The notes under the pieces are model-generated. The model ran no database searches. It had not been told where the DNA came from and worked only from the letters and a program-made list of their open reading frames with translations. 64,000 nucleotides of DNA, from positions 1,798,001 through 1,862,000 of the forward strand of contig CM035358.1 of NCBI GenBank assembly GCA_020137815.1. Reading direction: 5' to 3'. The position numbers and the translations under genes were made by a program. The first letter of the stretch is position 1. Every line of letters starts with the position of its first letter. This document shows positions 50,959 to 63,796 of this stretch, in pieces. Origin of the DNA: Hormiphora californensis. Taxonomy: Eukaryota > Animalia > Ctenophora.

Positions 50959-51834
50959 GAAGTTCTAGAATGAGTGGCGGTTGTCAGAGAGAAGTTCGGT
51001 GTTGTCACTTCAGAGGTTGAGGAAAGGGCAGCAGACATAGATCAGTTCATGTTGATTTTACACCGAATATGCTATGAAGAAGCATTATCCCTGGAATATA
51101 TAAATCTCAACTTGAACTATGATAATAATTGTCTAGCATAGATTTTGCAAGATCCAAGTAAAAACCCATCGAATTATGCCATGGCCAATATACCAGGTGT
51201 GAAACAACGTCTCCTTCAAGCTGCCACACCTCACCCAGTACAATACAAGATAGATGTTTACCATTTTCCGGGTGTAGAACAACGCACAAGTCAAACTGAA
51301 CAAACACAAACACACGTGTTTCCATATACCTTCAGTATTATAGTACAAGCTGTGTGCAGCCCTCGTGCAGACAGCACATTACTGCACAAATACATATCGT
51401 AAAGCAATATACCAGGGTATAAGCTATTAGTCAACTTTTGGGGTGGGGGTTGGATGGCAGTACCTTACTCAACAAGCTGATGACCATGGGATTGTGAAAC
51501 TAAAGTAACCTCAAACTCCCAAAGCAATATAATGGTCCTGGTAATTAAGCAGTTCACAGTGCATTTCAGTACTACCAAGCAGCGTGTGGTGGTAACAAAG
51601 CTGCATTAGCTGTCAGCCTAGTAAGTAAATATGGAACCAAACTATCAATTTAACATATATTTGATAAGAGCCAAAAAAGTGATATACAGTTAAGTGTCTA
51701 TCTTCAGTTAAATCATGTAACACGTCCGCTGGTACAATTACATACTCGCGTCTAACGTTACATATTTACTAGGTAGTAGGTACACGAACATATCTTGGTT
51801 AGAAACAGGGTAAATGGTGGGTATGATGTGTGAG

Positions 51835-52554
51835 TCACAGTGTGACGTTGGGTGATCGGTGGGATGTCGTCGAGTGATTGTACAATATGAAACATTTCAA
51901 ACCTTTTATTTCAGATGGTATAGGATAAAAACAATTAGGCCCAATACAATAACTATCGCTATCGTTTCCATAGTTAAACTCAAGGGTATTCACGACGTCA
52001 CCTTGCCAATGACTGGTACACTCGGCAACACTCTGATAGGAGAACGTGTATTCGAGGACACGAACCCGATTACATGTGACGCTCAGGCTGGTGACATTTT
52101 TTGAAATACTCCAAATCATGGAATCCATTTCTTTGTAGGAGGGCGGAAGTTTTGCAGGGAACGGTAGATTATTATTTTCACAATAGGACATCCTCCATTG
52201 TATCGTCGTTGTTTTGTATTTAATCAGAAAGTGCCCGACGTAACTTCCTTTATCGTTATAAAACCTCGGAACAGCTGCATCACCAGTGCGACTAGTTACA
52301 AAATTCGTTTTGAGGAATAGAGGTGTGCTTTCCAGGTCCAGGCTTTCCTTTTGTGCATTAAAATCAACCTTTTTCCAAGTTCCTGAGAAGATACAGATTT
52401 TAAACAGGACGCAAGTCGAAGGCGCCGCCAACTACAGAAAGTTTGAAAGTTTAGTTTCAATTTGACTCAGAACAATTTACTAAAAATACGGACCTGCTGT
52501 TACGTACTGCGGCATGATAAGGTATCCCAGTACCAAGGAAGAGAACAGGGCCAT
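51835..52554 (-). CDS. Secreted protein with a lineage-restricted beta-rich, Cys-containing domain; 3' end uncertain
   Basis: Exon 1 52554-52494 signal peptide MALFSSLVLGYLIMPQYVTA; exon 2 from 52382: WKKV..DLESTPLFLKT..IWSISK..SLSVTCNRVRVLEYTF..C..W.GDVV; resembles a family I recall as expanded in ctenophores. Confidence 0.65.
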
Positions 52555-52773
52555 GTTTGGCAGATCCAAAATGATTACTATTCCAGCTACCAAATGTAAA
52601 TCATCGAAACAGGTTTCAATAGTTAAAGAACTAAACGTATGTATAACAAACTGTTTACTGTAGCAGTCGGCAAGGATCGTTTAAACGGAGATGATGGTAT
52701 ACCATCTAATGCTATTCACAAAATCGAGCGAGCGTCAGAAATCAAGATGCGAGATGAAAGGAGAAGGTGTTAA

Positions 52774-55092
52774 CCCTTTGAGGGCGATAGGTCATATATG
52801 ACACGGTCCATTCTAGACCGTCTGGAAGGCGCTACATGATGTCTAGGTGGCTAATTTTTTGTCACAAGCTAGTTTTAGGGATTTTGAACCCAAAACCACG
52901 TCCAAATCTGCTCGGAAAATCGAAGAAATTTTTTTATGGCCCTTCTCGGGAGGCTAATTTAGGCCTTTTTTTTTAAACCCCTATCAAATTTTTGTTTTTG
53001 AGGGGCACAAATTATCCTTTGAAGGGATAAAACTACTTGACATAACAAATCGAATGCAAAAAACCGCATCAAAAAATATTGAAAATTGAATGAGTTATTA
53101 ACATTTTAGTCGTTGTATCATATATGACTCTATCGTCCGTAAGGGAATTCTAGTAACAAATGTCATTTGTGCAAAAGTATGGGTCCAATAGTCAAATTTT
53201 ATGCTTTGAGGCAGTCTATAGCTATAATTTCTACAATCTTAAACGGTTTTTACTAGAAAAATACCCCAAATTCTACATTTTGTATCATATATGACTCTAT
53301 CGTCCCAATTGGTAAATTCTCCAAAAACATCCATAACTCGGTCTAGAAAAGGAGCTAAGAGTCAACTCAGGGCACTAAACTATGTAGAATCATCGCATTA
53401 GTGGGGGTAGAGCACATATTTAGGTCGCTATCTTGCCCCCTAATTGAGATAATTGGACAATTAGCCAATTATCTGTCCCGCGCATGCTAATAAATGAAAC
53501 TTTGCTTTGGGAAGGAGTTATGAGTCAAATGGGGGCACTAAAATGTGTAGAATCATCACATTAGTGGGGTTAGAGCACATATTTAGGTCTCTATCTGGAC
53601 CCCTAATTGAGATAATTGGATAATTAGCTAATTAGTTGCCCTCCAGCGCTAAAAAATTAAATTTGGCGGAGTATACAAGACAAATGGGGGCACTAAAATG
53701 TGTAAAATCGTCGCCTTAGTGGGGGCAGATCACATAGCTGAGTTTCTATTCCCGCTCCTAATTGAGATAATTGGATAATTAGCTAATTGACGGTTGCATG
53801 ATGCCCCCTTTTAACCATAAACCGTGGTTTCTGGCTAATCCTGAGCTCTTTTGTTCAATCTAAGGCCCTTCTAGCATCCCTTTACCCATTTGTATCACCT
53901 TTGAATCGTTTTACACACTAATATAGCACTCTATACAACCCTAGACACCGCCTTCAGCTCTTTAGAACCCTCTTGCTTAATCCTAGACCTCTCATAATTT
54001 CGAGATCCATATACACCTTCCTAACCGATTTTTTTTGGGATATCCTATTGCTCCTACAAGACGTTCAACCCCTAATGTACTACAGTTTCCCATTTTATTA
54101 TTGGACACACGGTTTAGATTCCCCATACATTATTTCTCCTCATCACTCTCACAATCTCATTCGCCACTAAGGAAACTTCTCATGAACTCCATCGGAAATA
54201 AAAATGATCTATAGAAGGCGTTTAGTATGGTGTATGAGAGGTCTAGCTAGGAGTAGGATGAAGCAAGGGGGTTGTACAGAGCTGAAGTCGGCGTCTAAGG
54301 TTGTATAGAGTGCTATATTATTGTGTAAAACGAGTCAAAGGTGATACAAATGGGGTAAAGGGATGCCAAAAGATCCTTAGATTGAACAAAAGAGCTCAGG
54401 ATTAGCCAGAAACCACGGTATATGGTGAAAAGGGGGCATCATGCAACCGTCAATTAGCTAATTATCCAATTATCTCAATTAGGAGCGGGAATAGAAACTC
54501 AGCTATGTGCTCTGCCCCCACTAAGGCGACGATTTTACACATTTTAGTGCCCCCATTTGTCTTGTATACTCCGCCAAATTTAATTTTTTAGCGCTGGAGG
54601 GCAACTAATTAGCTAATTATCCAATTATCTCAATTAGGGGTCCAGATAGAGACCTAAATATGTGCTCTACCCCCACTAATGCGATGATTCTACATAGTTT
54701 AGTGCCCTGATTTGACTCTTAGCTCCTTTTCTAGCCCGAGTTATGGATGTTTTTGGAGAATTTACCAATTGGGACGATAGAGTCATATATGATACAAAAT
54801 GTAGAATTTGGGGTATTTTTCTAGTAAAAACCGTTTAAGATTGTAGAAATTATAGCTATAGACTGCCTCAAAGCATAAAATTTGACTATTGGACCCATAC
54901 TTTTGCACAAATGACATTTGTTACTAGAATTCCCTTACGGACGATAGAGTCATATATGACACAGTGGGCCCAGCAAAAACTACATGTCGAAACTTCAAAT
55001 TTCTTTTTCGAGGTAGTTTGTGGTAATAATATCTACTTATAAACGAAAAATTAGAAAAATCTATCGAGCCAATCCTTCTCGTCCTTAAAGGG
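52774..55092. mobile_element. Non-autonomous piggyBac-like element with long internal inverted repeat
   Basis: TTAA|CCCTTTGAGGGCGA ... TCGTCCTTAAAGGG|TTAA; inverted arms ~53117-53990 / ~54270-54960; no transposase ORF. Confidence 0.88.
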
Positions 55093-55732
55093 TTAAGAAA
55101 TACCACAGTATTGGGCGTCTCGGACGAAGAATCATGTACAGCTAGCTGCTAGTAGTTGAGACTGATGACCAGATGGGGAATTCTAAACAAGACCTTCCTC
55201 GTTCTTAGAGGTGAAGAAAGAAAAGAGATGCGAAGAAAAAAAAAAGATTCCCGGATCATGATCAATGACCTGATCTTTTCTGGCAGCGGGGCTCAGTGAA
55301 AAGAATATGGTTTTGAAGCGTAGCTAGACAATAGATGCAGACAATGCAAGCTAGGGGAAACAGAAAGCTAGGAAATAGAGAGGAGATAGAGAGGAAACTT
55401 TGTTCTAGACTCTCGTTTCTACAAATAACCGGGTTTTGTTTATACTCTCTGTAGTCTGTACTGAGGTCTGTATTGAAAGTGAGATCATCCTGAGTCCTGA
55501 CGTCTCTTCAAGCTCCAGATAACTCGAGTACACTGTCACCAGCATTAGAACTCGTTATAGTGAATTCTGTGAGACTAATGCTCTGACAGAGGGAACTCGA
55601 TGAACAAAAACATAGCAAGAGGAAAACAATAGTTATAACGACTGAACACATAATATGCCCAATTAAAGGCGATAAAACGCAGCTCTCCCACTCTCAAGCT
55701 GGGGAAGGTAGCCGCTTATGTGTCATCCCTCT

Positions 55733-57056
55733 ATCACATTTGGTCAGAGCTCCCTTATCTCTGTTTTGCTTGCGAACCGTTGCAAATCTCTCTAATTGTG
55801 AGATATCTATCTCTCCTGCTATGAGTGGTAGTACAGCCTCTGCTTGTAGTTTCAAAGACCGGCTGAGAGTCTATAGTGATGAAAGGGTACAGAGAGGCGT
55901 GTATGGTGAAGTGCAGGGCGAGTTATTTGACCTGGTACGGGACCTGTTTACACATGCTGGTATCAAGGATTCCTTCCCGAAGAGTTTGACTGCCGGACGT
56001 AGTGTGTGGGATAGCCTGAAGTGTCCGAGCAAGAGTAAGATCAAGGGGATAAAGAAGCCAGAACTAGAGGATTTCACAGAGAAAGTGTGCCGTTTCCTGA
56101 TGGAGAGGTGTTACCCGTTGCTCGACCGTCTGAGTACTGAAGTTGAAGACAATGAGAGGAAACTACTGGATAGTCAAGAGGTGCTGATTGTTTCTCAGCG
56201 AGCATTGGTTGAGGCACAGGGGCAGCTGGTTAAATTGCAGTGTGAGTTGTTAGGGAAGCGAGATAAGGAGATTACTGCTGTGCAGTCTATTGCTGAAGAG
56301 GAGATAAAGACGTTTTCCTCAGTTCTGAAAAAGAGTTGTGACAGTGCTCTAGCTCCGAAACGTATTCGTACTGCAATAACGAGTGCTACAGAAGACAGGA
56401 CAAGTAACGTGATTGTCCATGGACTATTTGATGATCCCAGTGAAAGTAGTAAAGATCTGGAACATTCAGTTTGTGGAGTTTTCGACTACATGGGTGAATG
56501 TGTGACTAGTGTTTACAGCATGACGCGTCTCGGAAGGTACAAGGAGGGTACTGACCGACCTGTTAAACTGCGCCTGTCTGGCCGTGAATTTCGAGATCTG
56601 ATCCTGTCCCACAAAAGTGGTCTGAAGAAGTCGGATAGGTACAAAGATCTGTACATCTCCCCGGACCGTTCCCCGGAAGAGAGAGAGGAGAGGAGGAAGT
56701 TGGTGGCTGAGCTGAAGGAGAGGAAGGCGGCGGCACCAGGCAAGACCTTTGGGATAAGAGGAGGCAAGGTTATGGAGGTGGTGGTGTGAGGGCGTGAACG
56801 TGAGCGTATTGAACTGTGTTGTTTATGTTTGTGTTTATGATTTTGACTAGGTTTTGTTACTGGACTTTGAGCATCTGAGCACCGGACTTTTTACTAGATG
56901 GACATTTTTTGTTTCTATAGTTTATCTAGAGTTTTAGGTTTTATATACAGAGGTGAACCGCTCTGAAGCTCCGTAGTACTAGTGTTTTTTGGATTCTGGT
57001 ACCCTACGGGGTCTGAGCGTGTATATAAATTCTGTTATTATTATTATTATTATTAT
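55733..57056 (+). mobile_element. ORF1-only non-autonomous retroelement (HAL1-like organisation)
   Basis: 5' leader shared with the LINE at 8310-8367; single ORF1-type ORF; 3' stem-loop 56942-57027; (ATT)n tail to ~57056. Confidence 0.7.
55821..56789 (+). CDS. LINE ORF1-like protein (coiled coil + RRM-like/CTD)
   Basis: Coiled coil followed by SNVIVHGL...RLGRYKEGTDRPVKLRL...LKKSDRYKDLYISPDRSPEEREERRKLVAELK, a common non-LTR ORF1 C-terminal signature; ATG at 55821. Confidence 0.8.
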   Translation: MSGSTASACSFKDRLRVYSDERVQRGVYGEVQGELFDLVRDLFTHAGIKDSFPKSLTAGRSVWDSLKCPSKSKIKGIKKPELEDFTEKVCRFLMERCYPLLDRLSTEVEDNERKLLDSQEVLIVSQRALVEAQGQLVKLQCELLGKRDKEITAVQSIAEEEIKTFSSVLKKSCDSALAPKRIRTAITSATEDRTSNVIVHGLFDDPSESSKDLEHSVCGVFDYMGECVTSVYSMTRLGRYKEGTDRPVKLRLSGREFRDLILSHKSGLKKSDRYKDLYISPDRSPEEREERRKLVAELKERKAAAPGKTFGIRGGKVMEVVV

Positions 57057-57315
57057 CTCAGGAGAAGAAGAAGCTGTGACAAAACGCGATCGGTCGGCAA
57101 TATCATGACGGCATTTGTGATAACGTATTCGTGCTGGATTGTTATGAAGGGTTGACGAGGTGTTATGTCTACGGATGAGCCACGCAGGAAATACGGATGA
57201 CGAAGAAGAGGACTTAGATAAGAAGACAAGCTTTATCACTTTTCATTATTCCAATCTATATTCCAATTTATATTCTCGTTCCCAAAACCCTTCACCGAGA
57301 GTCGTTACGTGTCAC

Positions 57316-57991
57316 ACGCTAAGAGGAAAGCAGCCTGGGTGTTTAGTGTGTTCAGGACCAGGGATAGAGGGGTTATGGTAACCCTCTACAAGAGCATGGT
57401 AAGAAGCCTGCTGGAATACTGCTGCCCTCTTTGGAATCCTACCAAGATCCAGGATATCCAGGTTTTAGAGGGGGTGCAACGCTCCTTCACCAGACGGATC
57501 TCTGAGTGCAAGGGGATGGATTACTGGCAGAGACTGCAATACCTGGGCCTTAGCTCCCTGCAGCGCAGGAGAGAGAGATACTCCATTCTCCACATGTGGA
57601 AGATCATGCACGGCCTAGTCTCCAATGACCTCAAAATAAGGTTCACAACTGGAGGCCGACTTGGAGTTCGAGCTGTGGTTCCCAAATTGACCAAACTGTC
57701 CACTATGGCCAAACAGACATCATATGACGGATCCTTTGCTGCTATGGGACCACGACTATGGAACTGTTTACCTGCAAAACTTAATCAAATTGACGAGTTC
57801 CAGGTATTTAAAGTTCAGCTGTCAAGATACCTGACGTCGTTTTCGGACTGTCCCCCAGTTACGGGATATGTACGAAGCTCCAGGAACTCTATACTAGACA
57901 TGAGACTGAACGACGGGGAGTTGCAAGCAAGCGATACCCCGGTCGGAGTGTAAACGGCGGCGAATCATCAGAAGTAACCAGAAGTAAGTAA
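57316..57991 (+). mobile_element. 5'-truncated CR1-group LINE (ORF2 C-terminus + tail)
   Basis: WVFSVF..TLYKSMVRSLLEYCCPLW..YWQRL..LSSLQRRRERY..GPRLWNCLP, homologous to ORF2 at 3953-4600; tail CAGAAGTAACCAGAAGTAAGTAA. Confidence 0.9.
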
Positions 57992-59263
57992 CACCCTATA
58001 CGCTGTTACGTCAGTATGAGACTTGGTACACTTCAGCTTAATGCCCTAAACACTGCTGCCTTGCGCCCAGTCATGCTGCCTTGCTCCCAGTACAGTTAAC
58101 CACTTATGAACACGGGTCGTTTCTTAGATAGTTCTTGGTGAGGAGAGACGAACATAGTATTATATGGTCTCTTTCATAGCCCTTCGCTCCATATTTCTGT
58201 TTTTGATGTAGGTACATCAAACATCAAAATACATATCAAACTTCTTTTTCTAAAGAGTAATATATCTCTTGTCCTTAGATGCTGCTATAGCATCCTAGTT
58301 ACATTCCAATGTCTTACCTCACCGTCTCACCACAAGGGTTGAGACGTAACTTCTTGCATTATACAAGGAGGCATGAGCAGCTTGCTACCAATATGAAAGT
58401 TGGACGAGTCACATGACTAGTCCCCTGACCATGACTGGACTGACGTTTGCATATTCCGAGACATAATCCGGGCGTTTTTGTTGTATATTACAACTTTGAG
58501 TAGAATGCACTAGACCTACCGGCAAAAGATGATCTCATGGATAAATACTTGAGAGAAACACTTCTTTGAGCAAAACTTCCGAGTTTTGTATTTTATCTTT
58601 GTGATATATATAAGAGCTCAAACTAGATTACTCACAAAATATATTGCTTCCTCAGGGCACCTAATTATATTTGACCTTCGAGAAACACAATACACTTGTT
58701 CCGTGGCGGTTGGGGGTTGCGTCATCCTGCATTTTTTCAACAGGCCGCACCGCGGTTGGTGCCGCCACTATGAAGTATAGAGTTGCATATATATTTTTCT
58801 GTGATTCTCTACTTCATGTCCTACTAGAGATGACACATTTTAGCATTTTAATTTTCTCTCTCTGTATCTTCATTTGAGTTTGACGCAATCTTTATGAAGT
58901 AGGAGTATAATTTCACTCTTGGGTCATTACTTACCACTTCGACTCTGTAAATTTGATTGAAGTAGTTACTGAAGCTCACTATACGCCCTGAACAATATAC
59001 TGCAACCGTATGCATTAAATGCCTACACTGCAGGTCGCAGGACAGATTATAATTTGTCTCGCCAAGTGTACATATCAGATTAGTTTACTAACTAGAGTCA
59101 ACAGTTGAAATACCATGCCTCAAATTGACATGCCTATGTGTGTAACCAGGGGTAGTTCGGAGTGTTGGAAGTCGTGTACCTGATCGGGGCGAAATCTTAG
59201 CGACCATTTAGCAATTGAAAACTTATCTACCTCCCCCAAACTTAGTGAAGTGAACTCCGTGCA

Positions 59264-61798
59264 ATGATACTGTTCTGGAACAACACTTATTATGGGAGTC
59301 TGGCAAACCATAACAACGTCACAGATGTAAATATTGATCGGTTAACTATTCATTCAATTACAATTATAGTACCCACATTGTTACTACTTAGTCCGTTACC
59401 ACTATGTTGTTCCACAACGTGGTTATGGTTTGAAATGTTACCATAGTAACCCCATTATCCCGCAGGAGCCGTTTCGCCCGTACATGACGTACTATTATGT
59501 TGTCAACTACTTGGTGGGGCTTGTCTTCATCAGTAGCTTCTTCATAGGGATCAGTTTGAATCCCTTCATCATCTTGTTCAATTGGACCAAGAGACAGAGC
59601 GCCATTTCCCTTCTTTTTGTCATCACTGCATGTAAGTTATAACTATTTGTTAACTCAACAAATAACTATTGTTCTATTCCATGTCCTAGATCTATTCACT
59701 GATTTATCGCTTCAGCTACTGAACAATTACATTTAACACATGGTTGGTACATTGGTATTCGCATAATTAGCTTTAGTCTGGCTTCGTGATTCGATCTAAT
59801 GATATGACATAATAGGTTTATGAGTTTCTGGTCTGTTAGGGATGTACATTTGGGTGGCAAGTGATGCCGTTATTATCAAACCTAGCAAACCCCTTATCTC
59901 ACTCGACGTGTAATACAATATGCTTGTGGTGAAGACACCAGCTCCTAATGTTCCAAAATTAGTCAAAACAAATCCAAAACGCATCAAATATCAACAGCAC
60001 CAATTTTAGTACAATTCGATTACATGGCTGATCATGGCACTTCTTCTAGACTCTTCGCGAGTTATCGCCCACTCCTTCTACCTCTGATCCCCTAATCTGA
60101 GTAATATCTTGTTTAGTAATGAACAACAGCTAATCCCTATAATATCTTCCATACAGCTGCTGATATGATAGTTAGTATTCTGATCCCGCTCTTCTACGCC
60201 TCCTTGATGGTCCAGCCCCGGATTATCTTCTACAACTACATGTACGAAATGTACATTGTCTGTATCATGTGCACCTTCGGCTGTACTTCACAGGTATACT
60301 AATGATTCATTAGTTAATTAACTAATGAGTGACTAGTTAATTAGTTAATTGAGTAAAGTAAAGCAGGGGTTAGGATCTAAGATTCTAAGGTTGAATGTTA
60401 CCCTTCTCTAGAGCATCTCCCGTGGCACGCATCACAAGGTTCCCATTCTACAGACAAATATAACCATGGGTTGATCCTTTAAACAGGTTACAACGAGCTT
60501 GTTGGGTGTGGTAAGACTGATAAAGGTTCTGAACCCCTTCTACAAGGTCAACAACAAGTACCTTGTTATCTACTGCTTACTTCACGTCGGCTACATGTTT
60601 GTTCAGGTACCCGCCAAGTTCTTAACCAATACCATGTTGAATCAACATTGTTGACCTCTCCTGAAACACCCCGTAACCATGACGACCCCGTAACGACCCC
60701 GTAACCATGACAACCCCAATATCTGTTCCAGGTGATATTCATCATCATGTTGATCCTGGGAAAGCTCGAGAACCACAAGAATATCCTACACAAGCTGGTC
60801 CTGGCGTGTTTCATCATCTCAACCCTTCACTGCATCCTGGGATCCATCTGTTCTGCCATCACTGTGGGCGTTCTTCTGAGGTAACTCAACATTTATAACT
60901 TATAAATGCCATGGTTACCTATTAAGTTATAGGTAACCATGGCAACCGTTTTCCTGCCAATGGTAAGTTACCACCCATTACCATTCTAAGTGGTGTCTGC
61001 CGTCTGTCCAATGTCATTATACAGTTAATAATAATTATTATCTGTGACTTGTGAGGTCACAGACAGCAAACGCATATAATATCTAAAAGTGTTAACTGTT
61101 TGGCCTATTATACTTCGTTGTGTCTTTCATTTTCACCCCGTGATGGTTTTAAGTTTTGTGGTTTATTGATCGGTTGCCATGACAACATGTGTATTTTCAG
61201 GAGTACTGCCTCCCAGGATGATGACGGGCTTGTGAGTGAGAAATTGAGAAGTTCTGTTACTATCCTTCTCATGAATCTTCCTCACTTTATCACCGCTGGT
61301 ATGTTATACTGCTATAGGTTGTTATAAGTAGTTGAATGTACTATGTAGTTAATTGTTTGAATAAATCAAGACAGTCGATAAAAGCCCTCGCCGCTAACAA
61401 GAAGACTGGTATATGAATATTGAATAGTTTTGTTGAGTTACTCAACAAGAATACTAATAGTTTGGTTCCTCGATCAATGATTGTACCACACACTAATTGC
61501 AACTCAGAATGCTATACTTCCTCCCTTGTTTTCAGGCTGCATCTTCACCTCGCTCGTACTCCACTACCCAATGTCCTGGTTTGATATTAACTTCATTTTC
61601 TGTCCCATCCTGACCGCCACCCTGAATCCAATCCTGATTGTGAGCCGGGGAAGTGCCATCCGGTGTATGATCGCCTCCAAAATCCACCTGGCCAAGGCGA
61701 GGGTATTGGGCATTGAGGATACATCGGGTGCATCTGGTTACCATGCAACCAGTGGGGGAAGAACGGCGTCAAGCGTCCTTGGGAACAGCAAGATGTGA
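59264..61798 (+). CDS. Divergent 7TM GPCR-like protein, 7 exons (span)
   Basis: N-glycosylated N-terminus; GISLNPFIILFN (TM1), TASADMI (TM2), QVTTSLLGVVRLIKVLNPF (TM3), RSSVTILLMNLP (TM6), PILTATLNPILIV (TM7); GT-AG exons in phase. Confidence 0.75.
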
Positions 61799-62309
61799 TC
61801 AGTGAGGAAAGTCGAGGAATTCACTTCTGGATATTCGATACTATATTGATTTTGTGCATGGAGAGATGGCGTTGATTTATTGTGTGTTTCTCTTGGTTTG
61901 CTGCTTCTTGTTTTCTGTAAGAATATTTCAGTCCTGAGATTTCTGAGATTAGGTGTTGAGTTGAATAATTCACGCTGCTTCACACAGTTGGTTAACAGTA
62001 TGAACACTGAACAGTGCAAGGACTGGGATGGTTAAGCGATATTCAGACTTTCAATAGCTTATTCTAATCCCTAGTTTTTTGAAAAATTGTTTTTATTTCT
62101 TTCTGATTATTGCTGACAGTATGAGAGTAGTTATGAAGTAGTAGTAGTTATAACTACATAATCACCTGATACCTATCCTGCTGTCAGTGCAGTATATGAC
62201 AAAACAATTATTGTGTAATTGCTCGCCTCAATAGTATAATACTACAACTCTTTGTTCAGTGTCCACTTGTGGCTCCATTGGTGTGTCACCGGATCAAAAT
62301 GTGTTTTAA

Positions 62310-63796
62310 CACGGTGTCCCTTAAGGAGGTGAAACCTCGGCTAGAATAAGTTTTTTGGAGACCGGACCTAGGTTACGTATTTTTGACCGAGGAATCCGAA
62401 AAACATAAAATTAAAATCGAAAACGTAGCGGTTTTTGCGTAAAACGGCAAAAACTGTCATTTTTCAGCGATTTTCGACTTTTTACGCTTTCTAGAGATTT
62501 AAAAAGTATTTCCTTACAAGATATGATCTTGTGCTTCTAGACTAATAAAATACAATCGATTTGCTACAAATTGGTCCCGGGTTTGTGTGATTTGGTCAAA
62601 AGCTCTCTTTACTGTGGCCCATCAAAGATGGCCACTCTGCAAATATGTATTTGGCTCCTGTGGCTGCAGATGTAAACCAAAAGAAGATTTATTATACACT
62701 AAAATTTGCGTCTTCTCAAGGCGAACAACCTGGTTTTTACGGCATTCCATTTCATGCAGGCGTTGAGGAGTTACAGCTGAAAAACTGGTACAGTGGATTT
62801 TGGAAATACCCCTACTTCAACAAACCCTAATCCAGATAAGATTTCGAAAAATATACATCTGCATACATGAAAATAAAGCTCAGGGAAATGCCAACGTGAT
62901 GCAAAAAACGGGAAGTGTCTAACTTATTTCGTTTAGAAGCTATAGCCAAAGTAAAAGTGCTTATATTTGCCTTGAAAACACCCTCTAAAAGCCCTGAAAA
63001 ACAGCAAATCTGTCTAAAAATGCAATACGAATAAAATGTCACCTCCAGTGCACCAACTTAGCCCCCTGTGGACAGAATTTGTTTGAAATTGTCAGAAATT
63101 GTCCAAAAGTATGGTTTTTAGAGGGTGTTTTCAAGGCAAATATAAGCACTTTTACTTTGGCTATAACTTCTAAACGAAATAAGTTAGACACTTCCCGTTT
63201 TTTGCATCACGTTGGCATTTCCCTGAGCTTTATTTTCATGTATGCAGATGTATATTTTTCGAAATATTATCTGGATTAGGGTTTGTTGAAGTAGGGGTAT
63301 TTCCAAAATCCACTGTACCAGTTTTTCAGCTGTAACTCCTCAACGCCTGCATGAAATGGAATGCCGTAAAAACCAGGCTGTTCGCCTTGAGAAGACGCAA
63401 ATTTTAGTGTATAATAAATCTTCTTTTGGTTTACATCTGCAGCCACAGGAGCCAAATACATATTTGCAGAGTGGCCATCTTTGATGGGCCACAGTAAAGA
63501 GAGCTTTTGACCAAAGCACACAAACCCGGGACCAATTTGTAGCAAATCGATTGTATTTTATTAGTCTAGAAGCACAAGATCATATCTTGTAAGGAAATAC
63601 TTTTTAAATCTCTAGAAAGCGTAAAAAGTCGAAAATCGCTTAAAAATGACAGTTTTTGCCGTTTTACGCAAAAACCGCTACGTTTTCGATTTTGATTTTA
63701 TGTTTTTCGGATTCCTCGGTCAAAAATACGTAACCTAGGTCCGGTCTCCAAAAAACTTATTCTAGCCGAGGTTTCACCTCCTTAAGGGACACCGTG
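62310..63796. mobile_element. 1.5-kb palindromic non-autonomous DNA transposon (Chapaev/CMC-like termini)
   Basis: TTAA|CACGGTGTCCC ... GGGACACCGTG|TTAA; ~680-bp arms nearly identical, ~125-bp spacer. Confidence 0.85.

Noticed and set aside
55737-55752. CA-TTTGGTCAGAGC resembling an LTR primer-binding site
   Set aside because: No LTRs or gag/pol, and no match to a tRNA 3' end I recognise; it lies in non-LTR 5' UTRs
60835-60880. Suspected frameshift in the second GPCR
   Set aside because: Recounting shows the exon is in frame (LGSICSAITVGVLL) and in phase with 61201
62645-63545. Identical ORFs on opposite strands
   Set aside because: Consequence of the palindromic transposon arms; no recognisable domain
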